Below are positions 29,038-39,113 of a stretch of DNA of 64,000 nucleotides, in pieces. Position 1 is the first letter of the stretch; every line of letters starts with the position of its first letter. Origin of the DNA: an uncultured virus (IMG/VR IMGVR_UViG_3300010157_000038) (Duplodnaviria > Heunggongvirae > Uroviricota > Caudoviricetes); IMG/VR virus record IMGVR_UViG_3300010157_000038; one strand, given 5' to 3'. The notes under the pieces were generated by a model that worked only from the letters and a program-made list of their open reading frames with translations, had not been told where the DNA came from and did not search any database. The position numbers and the translations under genes are program-made.

Positions 29038-31629
29038 GTGAAATTCTATACAAATGTAAGTAGATTTGGGTCTGACATTCTTTATCGTGGTTATGATAAT
29101 GGTCGTCAAATCCGTGAAAAGATAAAGTTTAAGCCCACTCTGTTTATTCCTTCAAAGGCCGAAAAGACACAATGGCATTCACTCGATGGAACAAACCTAG
29201 AAGCTTTAAATTTCTCTTCTATGAGAGAGGCAAAAGATTTCACTGAAAAGTACGAAGGTATATCGTCTTTTAATATCTTTGGAAATACTAGATGGACTGC
29301 GCAGTTCATGCGCGAAAGATTTCCTGATGAAATCTACTTTGATAGAAATCTTATTAACGTTGCCGTCTTGGATATTGAAGTAAAGTCTGACGATGGATTT
29401 CCTCATGCCGATCAAGCTCTACACACGATAACAGCAATAAGTATAAAAAATAACATTGATAATATTTTTCACGTCTGGGGAATAAAGGAATATGACCCAG
29501 AGATTTCAATCTTTAAAGGTAAGGTAGATTATCACCAATTCTCTGAAGAAAGTGATATGTTGTTAGATTTTGTTTCCTGGTTTAGTAATGGAACTAATAC
29601 ACCTGATGTAATCACTGGCTGGAATAGCAGAGGATTTGATATTCCTTATTTAATTAATAGAATAATACGTTTATTTGGAGAAGAAACTGCAAAACGTTTA
29701 TCTCCTTGGGGAAAGGTAGAAGAGAAAGAGCAACAAATAAAAGGTAAAGTAATGAAGACGTGGGAGATAACTGGAATCTCTCAACTAGATTATATGGATC
29801 TGTTTAAGAAGTTTACTACACTTACATATGGACAACAAGAATCTTATCGTTTAGGAAATATTGCTCACGTTGTTTTAGGAACGACTAAACTGTCCTACGA
29901 AGAGTATGGAAATTTAAATAATTTATATGAACAGAATTTTCAAAAGTATATTGATTACAATATAACTGACGTAGATCTAGTAGAAAAATTAGAAGATAAA
30001 TTAGGTCTTATAACATTAGTTATGACTCTAGCTTATATCGGCGGAGTAAATTATTCAGATACTTTAGGAACTACTGCAATTTGGGACTCTATCATTTATA
30101 GAGATCTCGCGAGAAAATTTATTGCTCCAAGCATTAATCAGATAAAACCTATTCATAATTATATTGTAAGAGGCGCTGATGTAGGATCCAGGAGTGGTAC
30201 GAGTGGAAAGATTTCAACTTTTGCGGGAGGTTATGTAAAAGATCCAGTAGTAGGGCTTCACAATTGGGTTTGTTCTTTTGACTTAAATTCTCTGTATCCA
30301 AATCTAATTATTCAATATAACATGTCGCCTGAAACGATATGTAAAGAGATAACACCGCACATTAGCCCTGAGTTAATTTTAAATGAGGAAACTTGGACTC
30401 CTGTTTTAGATAACGTTATAACTGCTGCAAATGGTGTTCATTTTAGAACAGATAAAGTTGGAATCATTCCTCGAATCATTAATGAGATCTATGATAAGCG
30501 AGTTATTTTAAAGAAAGCAAAGATTGATGCTCAGAAGAAAAAATCTACTATTCCGAAAGGAGATAAGGTAGAAATTTATAAACTTGAAAGAGATATATCG
30601 CGCTTAGATAATCAACAGACGGCCGTAAAAATCCTTTTAAATTCTTTGTACGGAGCTTTAGGCAATCAATATTTCCGTTACTTTGACGTAGGAGTTGCTG
30701 AGGCAGTAACTATATCTGGCCAAACAGCAATTTGTTGGGCAGAAAAGGCAGTCAATAAGTATTTAAATCAAATTCTTAAAAGTAATAATGTAGATTACGT
30801 AATTGCGATTGATACTGATTCTTTATATGTGAATATGGCCAAGGTTGTAGAAAAGTTTCAACCTAAGAATCCAGTCAAGTTTCTAGATGAGTTTTGCGGT
30901 AAAGGAGTCACTCCTATTCTAAATACCGCTTATGAAAAATTAGCAAAGCAAATGGGCTGTCCTACAAATCGTATGTCAATGAAACGAGAAGCAATTGCTG
31001 ATCGTGGTATCTGGACGGGAAAGAAAAGATACATTTTAAATGTTCATAATAATGAAGGAGTTCAATACGACAAACCCGAGATTAAGATCATGGGAATTGA
31101 AGCCATCAAGTCTTCTACTCCTGAAGTTTGTAGAGATGCAATGAAAGGTCTATTTAAGACTATAATGACTGCAAATGAAGTTGCAGTTCAGAAAGAAATT
31201 GCTGAATTCCGTTCATCATTTGAGCAACTACCACCAGAAAAAATAGCGTTTCCTCGAAGTGTTTCTAATTTAAGTGAATGGTCTTCAGCTTCTACGATAT
31301 ACAAGAAATCAGGAGGAACAGGCACTCCTATTCATGTAAGAGGTTCTTTATTATTTAATCATCATATTAAAAAGAATGGTCTTGAGAAGAAATACGAATT
31401 GATTAAGAACGGTGAGAAAATAAAGTTTACGTACTTAAAGGTTCCAAATGTAATTCAAGAGAATGTTATATCTTTTGTAGATGTATTACCCAAGGAATTG
31501 AATCTTCATAAGTATGTAGATAGAGATAAACAATTTGAGAAAACGTTCCTTGACCCACTGTCTCAGATACTTGAAGCTGTTGGTTGGAGAGCTGAAGGCG
31601 GATCAAATCTAGAAGATTTCTTTTCTTGA
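29038..31629 (+). CDS. gp43: Family B DNA polymerase
   Basis: Exo[35 protein letters not shown] start. Confidence 0.97.
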   Translation: MKFYTNVSRFGSDILYRGYDNGRQIREKIKFKPTLFIPSKAEKTQWHSLDGTNLEALNFSSMREAKDFTEKYEGISSFNIFGNTRWTAQFMRERFPDEIYFDRNLINVAVLDIEVKSDDGFPHADQALHTITAISIKNNIDNIFHVWGIKEYDPEISIFKGKVDYHQFSEESDMLLDFVSWFSNGTNTPDVITGWNSRGFDIPYLINRIIRLFGEETAKRLSPWGKVEEKEQQIKGKVMKTWEITGISQLDYMDLFKKFTTLTYGQQESYRLGNIAHVVLGTTKLSYEEYGNLNNLYEQNFQKYIDYNITDVDLVEKLEDKLGLITLVMTLAYIGGVNYSDTLGTTAIWDSIIYRDLARKFIAPSINQIKPIHNYIVRGADVGSRSGTSGKISTFAGGYVKDPVVGLHNWVCSFDLNSLYPNLIIQYNMSPETICKEITPHISPELILNEETWTPVLDNVITAANGVHFRTDKVGIIPRIINEIYDKRVILKKAKIDAQKKKSTIPKGDKVEIYKLERDISRLDNQQTAVKILLNSLYGALGNQYFRYFDVGVAEAVTISGQTAICWAEKAVNKYLNQILKSNNVDYVIAIDTDSLYVNMAKVVEKFQPKNPVKFLDEFCGKGVTPILNTAYEKLAKQMGCPTNRMSMKREAIADRGIWTGKKRYILNVHNNEGVQYDKPEIKIMGIEAIKSSTPEVCRDAMKGLFKTIMTANEVAVQKEIAEFRSSFEQLPPEKIAFPRSVSNLSEWSSASTIYKKSGGTGTPIHVRGSLLFNHHIKKNGLEKKYELIKNGEKIKFTYLKVPNVIQENVISFVDVLPKELNLHKYVDRDKQFEKTFLDPLSQILEAVGWRAEGGSNLEDFFS

Positions 31630-31666
31630 TTTACATTTTAACTAAAACAATATATTCTATTAACAC

Positions 31667-32071
31667 ATGAGCAAAGATTGGCCACAAGACATTAAAGACA
31701 TGCACGATAAGTTTGGAGTGAATCCTGTCGTGCGAAACTTCGATAACGATAAGCTTTTAGCTTTCTTAGGATTTCGAATTAGATTTTTGGAAGAAGAACT
31801 GAATGAATTAAAACTGGCAGATAACGCCGATGATGTAGTTGATGCCCTTGTCGATTTATGTGTTGTCGCAATAGGCACATTAAATGCATTTGATGTTGAT
31901 TCCTATAAAGCTTGGGATGAAGTGCATAAGGCAAACATGTCTAAACAAGTAGGAATTAAAGCGAGTAGACCGAATCCTTTAGGTCTTCCAGATTTGATTA
32001 AGCCAGAGGGATGGATTACTCCTACGCATCAAGAGAATACTGGAATGTTAAGCAGACTGAATGAAGTATAG
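31667..32071 (+). CDS. MazG-like/all-alpha NTP pyrophosphohydrolase (candidate dCTPase)
   Basis: LEEELNE, DVVDALVD, WDEVHKANMSK, DLIKPEGW. Confidence 0.8.
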   Translation: MSKDWPQDIKDMHDKFGVNPVVRNFDNDKLLAFLGFRIRFLEEELNELKLADNADDVVDALVDLCVVAIGTLNAFDVDSYKAWDEVHKANMSKQVGIKASRPNPLGLPDLIKPEGWITPTHQENTGMLSRLNEV

Positions 32072-33014
32072 TCTTACATTGTTTAGATCTATTTTTGATA
32101 ATACGACCTCAAAGCGAATGGACTTTGGGACATGGCAGACCTTTGAGCGTTTACTTTACAGTCTTTCAAAGTTGCCAGGATATAAAGCAAAGCGCGGAGA
32201 GCGAAAAAGATCTTCACCATTAATATCTCCAGCAATTTATAAACCAGATTGCACTAGGTCTAACGCAAATGTGATAGAATGGGCCGGATGGGCGGCACTA
32301 GATGTAGATAATTATGAGGGTAAATTTGAAGATATAATCGAAAAGTATAAAAATAAATATTATTTTGTTTGCTATTCTACAGCATCTTCTACTAAAGAAA
32401 AACCAAAGTTTCGTTTAGTATTTCCATTAAGTTGTCCTGTCTCAAATGAAAAAATTCGACATTTTTGGTACGCGTTAAGCAAAGAATTTAATTCTATTGG
32501 AGACGAACAGGCAAAAGACTTTAGTCGTATGTACTATGTTCCTGCACAATATCCAAATGCAGATAACTTTATATTTACAGTAAAAGGCGAGATTATGAAT
32601 CCTGCTGAGCTAATGTCAAAGCATGAATTCTCTGAAAAGATTGGAACAGGATTCTTAGATAGACTTCCTGATAATATAAAGAAAGAGATTCTTAAGTTTA
32701 GAAAAGAATCAATGTTGAATCGCGATGTGAAATGGAATTCTTATAGAGATTGTCCATTCGTTAATAAGAAACTTATCAATGAGTATAAAAGTATAGCATT
32801 AATAGATGGTTCTGGTAGATACCGAATGATATATAAGCTTATGACGAGTATAGCTTGTAATGCAGTTAAGAATAAGTATGCAATCACTTCTGGAGAAATC
32901 GCTGAAATCATTCGTCAATTGGATATGGATACAGCGAATATATATCAGCAGCGACCTCTCAAGAATGAAGCAGACCGAGCAATAGAATACGCATATAGAC
33001 ACGCTACAGCATGA
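32061..33014 (+). CDS. AEP/PrimPol-like protein
   Basis: AALDVD, YSTASST, KFRLVFPL, KDFSRMYY. Confidence 0.7.
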   Translation: MKYSLTLFRSIFDNTTSKRMDFGTWQTFERLLYSLSKLPGYKAKRGERKRSSPLISPAIYKPDCTRSNANVIEWAGWAALDVDNYEGKFEDIIEKYKNKYYFVCYSTASSTKEKPKFRLVFPLSCPVSNEKIRHFWYALSKEFNSIGDEQAKDFSRMYYVPAQYPNADNFIFTVKGEIMNPAELMSKHEFSEKIGTGFLDRLPDNIKKEILKFRKESMLNRDVKWNSYRDCPFVNKKLINEYKSIALIDGSGRYRMIYKLMTSIACNAVKNKYAITSGEIAEIIRQLDMDTANIYQQRPLKNEADRAIEYAYRHATA

Positions 33015-33646
33015 TCACTACTACTACTACTACTAGCTTTTACCCATTTAATGATGTAGTAATGACGGCTTTACAGAATATTGTCATCATCAATGTAAAA
33101 GAAGATTATTCAGATAAGCTGAATAAGTTTGTGAATAATATCGTAATTGAACAAAAGTTTAAACCTGGCCATCCTAGATATCGAACTAAAGAGATGATCG
33201 AATCAAATTCTGAAGCAGGTATAGGTGGTGAAGAGGCTCTATTATTAACTGGTCACTTTAAAGAGTATTCTCCTGCAGTAGAAAATGCAAAAAGTAATCT
33301 CTCTTACGCAGATCGCCAGATAGACTTAACCTGTGAGGATAGAAATATTCAAGTGAAAACTCTTCACATGAAATCTAAAGCTCCTACTTGGTACATATCT
33401 CAGAGCACGATGGCATCATTGATGAATAGCTCAAAGTATTGTGACGTACTAATAGTGGTTGGATATGAACTATTGAAGGATTCCACCTATCGCTATACTC
33501 CTTTATGGATGATAGACCTAAAGGCACTGGCTGCCCAACAAGGCTACTTTAGAAAGAATGAATATGACAATGGTAGGATAGGTTATGAATTTAATGAATT
33601 TGCTGCAAATAAGCGTAATATTTTGATAGATTTACGCATTTTGTAG
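33011..33646 (+). CDS. Hypothetical protein, possible PD-(D/E)XK nuclease
   Basis: GEEA...ID..(N)IQVKT spacing. Confidence 0.45.
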   Translation: MITTTTTTSFYPFNDVVMTALQNIVIINVKEDYSDKLNKFVNNIVIEQKFKPGHPRYRTKEMIESNSEAGIGGEEALLLTGHFKEYSPAVENAKSNLSYADRQIDLTCEDRNIQVKTLHMKSKAPTWYISQSTMASLMNSSKYCDVLIVVGYELLKDSTYRYTPLWMIDLKALAAQQGYFRKNEYDNGRIGYEFNEFAANKRNILIDLRIL

Positions 33647-33684
33647 TTTACAAACTACAGCTCTAAGTGTAGTATTTTTTCTTT

Positions 33685-34044
33685 ATGAAAGAATCCATTA
33701 AAGTTCTACAAGAATGCGCCGAACTACAGACTAAAAAGTCTAACGATTATCAGAATCCTAATAGTAGGATTCGTCAAGCCGATTATTATCCAAGAGGAAT
33801 TGCTTCTATTCTTGATGTCATTCACGCTAAAACCTTAAGAATGAGATCCGTGTTAGAAGCAATGGAAAATGATCCTAGCTATCAACCTAACTTCGAATCG
33901 ATTGAAGATTCTGCCAAAGATCTTATCAATTATTCATCTTTTATTGTTGCATATATACGCAATGGTATTGACGGTCAACTAGACGATCGCGATTTCTTAA
34001 ATCGTCCAATTAAGAAAAACAATGATAAACCTTCCAAGAGTTAA
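33685..34044 (+). CDS. Nucleotide-modification-associated (Nmad1-like) protein
   Basis: KKSNDY, K.LR, ESIEDSAKDLINY; overlaps gp42. Confidence 0.7.
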   Translation: MKESIKVLQECAELQTKKSNDYQNPNSRIRQADYYPRGIASILDVIHAKTLRMRSVLEAMENDPSYQPNFESIEDSAKDLINYSSFIVAYIRNGIDGQLDDRDFLNRPIKKNNDKPSKS

Positions 34045-34702
34045 AGACATACGTCAGTACTTCCGTGACGAATTAGCAGCAGGAAGATTCGTTACAGATA
34101 AGACGGGCGTAAAAACGATTGAAATGATTGGCGCAAACTTCATTGCCGATGAAGAAGCTATCTTTGGTAAAGTTACCGAATATGCCGATCGTGAAGTTCA
34201 ATGGTATGACTCACTATCTTTAAAAGTAGACGATATTCCTGGCGGTGCTCCGCAGATCTGGAAGCACGTTGCATCTACTAAAGGCGAAATCAATTCTAAT
34301 TATGGCTGGTGTGTATATTCATCTCAGAATCATAAACAATACTGGTCAACTCTTTTAGAATTACTCTCGAATCCCAATAGCCGTAGAGCGATAATGATTT
34401 ACACTCGTCCGACGATGCATCAAGATTATTGTAAAGATGGAATGTCAGACTTCATGTGCACTAATGCAGTACAATATCTTATTCGTGATAATAAGCTTCA
34501 CGCTGTAGTACAGATGCGTAGCAATGATGTTTTATTTGGATATAAAAATGATCGCTATTGGCAATCGATAGTACAAGATCGTTTGCTTCAAGATCTAAAT
34601 ATTAAATCGGAAGAGAACTATCAAAAAGGTGACATTATCTGGAATGTAGGGTCTTTACACGTATATGAAAGACATTTTAACCTTTTAACAAATGAACAGT
34701 AA
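34022..34702 (+). CDS. gp42: dCMP hydroxymethylase
   Basis: DKTGVKTIE, GEINSNYGW, DGMSDFMCTN (catalytic Cys), MRSNDV.FG..ND (cytosine-specifying Asp), GSLHVY, as in T4 gp42. Confidence 0.93.
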   Translation: MINLPRVKDIRQYFRDELAAGRFVTDKTGVKTIEMIGANFIADEEAIFGKVTEYADREVQWYDSLSLKVDDIPGGAPQIWKHVASTKGEINSNYGWCVYSSQNHKQYWSTLLELLSNPNSRRAIMIYTRPTMHQDYCKDGMSDFMCTNAVQYLIRDNKLHAVVQMRSNDVLFGYKNDRYWQSIVQDRLLQDLNIKSEENYQKGDIIWNVGSLHVYERHFNLLTNEQ

Positions 34703-35132
34703 ATGGAAAGGTAGGTATTTAAGTCTTGCTAAAGAAGTTGCTTCATGGTCTAAAGATCCATCACGTAAGATTGGTGCAGTAGCGATTGGAGATCGAGGTC
34801 AGGTGCTTTCTCAAGGATATAACGGTTTTCCTAGAGGAATTGAAGATTCTGAAGAAAGATATAACAACAGAGAAATTAAATATAAGTATGTAGTACATGC
34901 AGAGATGAATGTAATCTATAATGCTTCAATGAATGGAGTATCTCTTCGAGATTCTACAATGTTTATTCATGGACTACCTGCTTGTTCTGAATGCGCAAAA
35001 GGAATGATCCAAGTTGGTTGCAAGCATGTCGTTATGCCTAAAATAGATATTGCTGGAACCTGGAAAGATTCGTGCGAATTAACTCTAAGCTTATTTGAAG
35101 AGGCGAGAGTGACATGGGAGTTTAGCGAATGA
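34692..35132 (+). CDS. cd: dCMP deaminase
   Basis: SKDPS, GYNGFPRG, HAEMN, C..CAK. Confidence 0.92.
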   Translation: MNSKWKGRYLSLAKEVASWSKDPSRKIGAVAIGDRGQVLSQGYNGFPRGIEDSEERYNNREIKYKYVVHAEMNVIYNASMNGVSLRDSTMFIHGLPACSECAKGMIQVGCKHVVMPKIDIAGTWKDSCELTLSLFEEARVTWEFSE

Positions 35133-35500
35133 AAGAGAAAGTTCTAATACTGGGTTCAAATCCTGCTTCCGGTAAAGGTTTTCCACATAAGAATACTACT
35201 ATGAATCGTATCGCTCGATGGGCCGAACGGCTGGAAGTTCCTTACGATTTTGCGAATGTTATACCGTATCACGTGGATAAAGAAGATCCTAAGTTAGTAG
35301 ATCAATCTCGCATATTAGGTATTACTAAAACTTATAAACATATTCTTACATTAGGAAATTTCTCGCATCACACTCTAGAGAAGCTAAATATAACTCATTA
35401 CCCTCTACCGCACCCATCTTCTCGAAATAGAAAATTTAACGATAAGAACTTTGAAGAAGATACTTTAAAAAAACTTATAGCATCTAAATACCTCTCATGA
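35129..35500 (+). CDS. Uracil-DNA-glycosylase-superfamily small protein
   Basis: LGSNP and LPHPSSRN motifs. Confidence 0.65.
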   Translation: MKEKVLILGSNPASGKGFPHKNTTMNRIARWAERLEVPYDFANVIPYHVDKEDPKLVDQSRILGITKTYKHILTLGNFSHHTLEKLNITHYPLPHPSSRNRKFNDKNFEEDTLKKLIASKYLS

Positions 35501-36564
35501 AGATATTAGTCACAGGAATGAATTCAGCACAGTGTATCGAAAACTTCTGGTTAAGGCAGGATCTAGAAGTAGTGAACACTCAGTACGCGCTCATACACGC
35601 TCTTAGAGATATGGGACACACTGTTCATCACACTCATGCGGTAATAGGTGAGAGTTTAGATTCTTACGATAAAGTAATTGCTTTCATTCATAATCCAGCT
35701 GGATTTGCTCGATATCTTTACAATGGTCTCTGGGCCATCAGCCAGAGGCCGGATTGTATACTCGCCATCGATGATTGGCAGGCCGATTCTATCTGGGACG
35801 CAGTCTCAGCTCTCGATAAGGATAACTTATTTCGACCTTACCTTAGAGACATGCAAGAGATCGTGCCGAATGATGTTGAGAAGTATCTACCTCAATTCTT
35901 AGAAGCTCTTGAAACTATCAAAGCGATGAAGAACAAGATGCTGATTGCCGGTTTCTTAGGAGGCGATATCTCAATGATGCTACCTCAGTATCCTAAAGAA
36001 TTATTTCATACTTGGTTACTTAATCCTTATCATTTAAACCGTCGTCCCGAGAACAATTTTACAGGAGATGATTCCGCAGTATTTCTTGATAGTATGCTGA
36101 TTGATGCAAAAGACAAGAAGAGAGAGTGGGTCTTTACGTCATTGATGCAGGGAAAGACCCGTAAGTATCTCGATAGTTTGAATCTCGGTAGCGGATGGAA
36201 GGTCAATATCTATGGAGGACTCAGGGGTCAATTTAAAACTCCTCGGTTGATCGAGGCGGATATGTGTAACGCGTATCAGCAACATTGGGCCGCATTGGTA
36301 CCTAAGTACTATCATTCGGGTTCAGGTTTCTGGCGCCCTCGCGTGTTTCAGGTGGCTGACGCTAATTCTATTCTTGTTGTAGATTCCTCAGAAGGAAAAC
36401 TTTATTCCGAAGCTCACACCGGTATCAATACAAAGGATATAGAAGCTATGGACCTAGGACAACTTATAGATCTCGCGAAGCGCCAGAAAGAAAGTCTATA
36501 CGACAATCAACCTCTGGATAAAAAAATAACTCGCAAACAATTAACTGCCGCTCTAGAATCATGA
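35497..36564 (+). CDS. Putative GT-B glycosyltransferase acting on modified cytosine
   Basis: MKILVTG..ALRDMGHTV N-terminal Rossmann; GSGFWRPRVFQ C-terminal motif; in the gp42 operon. Confidence 0.6.
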   Translation: MKILVTGMNSAQCIENFWLRQDLEVVNTQYALIHALRDMGHTVHHTHAVIGESLDSYDKVIAFIHNPAGFARYLYNGLWAISQRPDCILAIDDWQADSIWDAVSALDKDNLFRPYLRDMQEIVPNDVEKYLPQFLEALETIKAMKNKMLIAGFLGGDISMMLPQYPKELFHTWLLNPYHLNRRPENNFTGDDSAVFLDSMLIDAKDKKREWVFTSLMQGKTRKYLDSLNLGSGWKVNIYGGLRGQFKTPRLIEADMCNAYQQHWAALVPKYYHSGSGFWRPRVFQVADANSILVVDSSEGKLYSEAHTGINTKDIEAMDLGQLIDLAKRQKESLYDNQPLDKKITRKQLTAALES

Positions 36565-37583
36565 AAAAAATAGCAATCATTGGTGCTGGCTGGTACGGTT
36601 GTCACATAGCTTTATCGCTAAAAGAACTTGGCTTTGAGGTCTCGGTGTTCGAAAGAGACTCAGACGTGCTGACTCGAGCGTCCGGAAACAACCAATTCAG
36701 ACTTCATCTTGGATTTCATTACGCAAGAAATTATGACACTCGCATTCAATCTCGTAATGGGTACCAACGATTCGTAGAGCGCTATCCCACGCTAACAAAG
36801 GAATGGGAAAACGGCAATATCTATTCTGTGCCTACACTGGATTCACTCGTAGATTTCAAAACATACAAGTTGATCATGACTGCGAGTGGAATAGAATTTA
36901 ATGAAGTAGCCAATCCACAATGGAGTAAAGGTCTAGCAGGCAGTGTGAGTTGTCAAGAACGAGTGATTCTTACTCAAACCGCAAGAAATTACTTCAAAGA
37001 AAAACTTGGGTCCATACTTAGATTGAACACTCCGGTCACTTCGGTAGATATGGACTCCACTCAATTGAATGACGAAAAATTTGACTTCATCATCGATTGT
37101 ACGTGGGGACATTTTCGTCCTGCGCGTTCTGATACATTTTATGAGTCAACGATACTGCTGTACTACAGCACGAAAGAGAAGTTTCCTGCTTTTACTCTCG
37201 TAGATGGTCCTCTCGCTTCCATATATCCTACAGAAACTCCTGGAATCTATACTCTCTCGAGTGTCATTCATACGCCATTAAAGACCTTTGATAGTTCGGC
37301 AAAAGCTCAGAAATACTTGGATAAAGATTTTAATAAGTACATATTGAATCAGAAGATCGCCGCGATGGAAGAGCATATCTCTCGTTACGTTCCAGATTTT
37401 TCTGATATTTTCAAGTACGAATCTCCGCAGCTAGCGATTAAAACAAAGATAATAGGCGCAACCGACGATCGCAGCTGTTCTGTCAAATGCGAAGGTAAAT
37501 ACATCTCAGTCATGTCTGGCAAGATAGATACGATCTTTCACGGTATGGAACGAGTCTTATATCATATCCAATCTTATGTCTAG
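36561..37583 (+). CDS. FAD-dependent oxidoreductase
   Basis: IIGAGWYG, VFE, ASGNNQFRLHLGFHY, SGKID. Confidence 0.85.
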   Translation: MKKIAIIGAGWYGCHIALSLKELGFEVSVFERDSDVLTRASGNNQFRLHLGFHYARNYDTRIQSRNGYQRFVERYPTLTKEWENGNIYSVPTLDSLVDFKTYKLIMTASGIEFNEVANPQWSKGLAGSVSCQERVILTQTARNYFKEKLGSILRLNTPVTSVDMDSTQLNDEKFDFIIDCTWGHFRPARSDTFYESTILLYYSTKEKFPAFTLVDGPLASIYPTETPGIYTLSSVIHTPLKTFDSSAKAQKYLDKDFNKYILNQKIAAMEEHISRYVPDFSDIFKYESPQLAIKTKIIGATDDRSCSVKCEGKYISVMSGKIDTIFHGMERVLYHIQSYV

Positions 37584-38322
37584 TAATAATAATAATGCAC
37601 TTATAGGTTACACCGGATTCGTTGGGACCACTCTTATGGCTCAAACGAAATTTGATTATTTGTACAGATCCACAAATATCGAAGATATAAAATATAAGAA
37701 TTTTGACACTATAGTCTGCGCAGCAGCACCGGCTCAGAAATGGATAGCAAATAAAGAACCTGAAAAGGATATATCAAACATTAATAAGCTCATAGAATGT
37801 CTTAAGCACGTCAAGTGCAATAAGTTTATTCTTATCAGCACCGTCGACGTGTACAAAACACCAGTGAATGTAGACGAGAATATGGCGATAGATGAGGAAG
37901 GACTTCATCCTTACGGCCTAAACAGAAGACATTTAGAAAAATTTGTAGAAGGAAACTTTAGTAATCATTTTATAGCACGTTTGCCAGGACTCGTCGGTGA
38001 TGGGTTGAAGAAAAATATCATTTACGATTTGAAAAATAATAATAATGTCGATCAGATCAATCACGATAATATATTTCAATTCTATCCTATGAAGAATCTA
38101 TGGAAGGATATACATGAATTTTGCCGCCATACTGATATCATGAATTTTGCCACAGAACCAGTTCAAGTTAGTGATATCGCAGAAAGATGCTTTGGTAAGA
38201 CTCTAAACAATCCAGCAAAGAATAAAGTGTCTTACGACATGAGAACTATCTATGGTTATAAAGGCTATATCTACAATCAAGAGGATGTAATGGCCACGAT
38301 ATCGGCCTACGCGAAATCATGA
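37576..38322 (+). CDS. NAD-dependent epimerase/dehydratase (SDR)
   Basis: GYTGFVG, ISTVDVY, YGLNR (YxxxK variant), RLPGLVG. Confidence 0.85.
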   Translation: MSSNNNNALIGYTGFVGTTLMAQTKFDYLYRSTNIEDIKYKNFDTIVCAAAPAQKWIANKEPEKDISNINKLIECLKHVKCNKFILISTVDVYKTPVNVDENMAIDEEGLHPYGLNRRHLEKFVEGNFSNHFIARLPGLVGDGLKKNIIYDLKNNNNVDQINHDNIFQFYPMKNLWKDIHEFCRHTDIMNFATEPVQVSDIAERCFGKTLNNPAKNKVSYDMRTIYGYKGYIYNQEDVMATISAYAKS

Positions 38323-39113
38323 GTATCTCTATCTCAAATATCGCTTGGGCTGAGAACAATAATGTCGAGATGTGTAAGATCTTAAACGATAATGGTATAA
38401 CACGCATCGATGTAGCTCCAGGAAAACTGTTTCGAGATATAAGCAGTGTAAAGATGGATGAAATTAAAAGAGTAAAGTATTGGTGGAACCAAAGAGGTAT
38501 TGAATTGGTAGGAATGCAATCTTTACTATTCGGCACCACCGGATTGAATCTATTTGCAGAAAATAGCTACTTGATGCTGGATCATTTAGAAAACATATGT
38601 GAAATAGCATCAGGACTCGGTATCACTAAACTTACCTTTGGATCGCCGAAGAATAGAGATCGTTTATCATTTAATGAAGAGCAAGCCAGAAATATCGCAG
38701 CTTTCTTCTTTCGTAGATTAGCCGATATAGCAGATTCTTATGAAGTCGTTATCTGTCTCGAGCCAAACCCTGTAGATTACGGATGTAATTTTATGACAAC
38801 TACTTCAGAGACTGCCGCTATGGTATCCGAAGTCGACAGACCATCAATCAGGCTTCAGCTCGATACGGGTGCTATGTTCATGAACAATGAAAATATAACC
38901 AGCACTATCGAAAAATATTCTAATCTCGTAGGGCATATTCATATATCGGAACCAAAACTAAGTGCTATAAATCCTGAAAATAACTCTCATACAGAAGTTT
39001 CAGAATCTTTAAAAAGGTTTCTGCCTAGTCGCATATATACAATTGAGATGCTCTCAGGGGATCTAATCCAGATCAATAACTCTCTGAAATTCGTAATGAA
39101 ACAATATATATGA
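38319..39113 (+). CDS. Sugar-phosphate isomerase/epimerase (xylose-isomerase-like TIM barrel)
   Basis: ISNIAW, FGSPKNR, CLEPNP, LDTG, HIHISEP, IEM. Confidence 0.85.
   Translation: MSISISNIAWAENNNVEMCKILNDNGITRIDVAPGKLFRDISSVKMDEIKRVKYWWNQRGIELVGMQSLLFGTTGLNLFAENSYLMLDHLENICEIASGLGITKLTFGSPKNRDRLSFNEEQARNIAAFFFRRLADIADSYEVVICLEPNPVDYGCNFMTTTSETAAMVSEVDRPSIRLQLDTGAMFMNNENITSTIEKYSNLVGHIHISEPKLSAINPENNSHTEVSESLKRFLPSRIYTIEMLSGDLIQINNSLKFVMKQYI

Noticed and set aside
29038..31629. Intein/intron in gp43 (also checked gp17, gp41, nrdA, nrdB)
   Set aside because: Lengths are normal, frames are continuous, and no splice motifs were seen.
34022..34702. Thymidylate synthase or dUMP hydroxymethylase
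   Set aside because: It carries the Asp specificity residue and gp42-specific motifs rather than the TS PFN motif.
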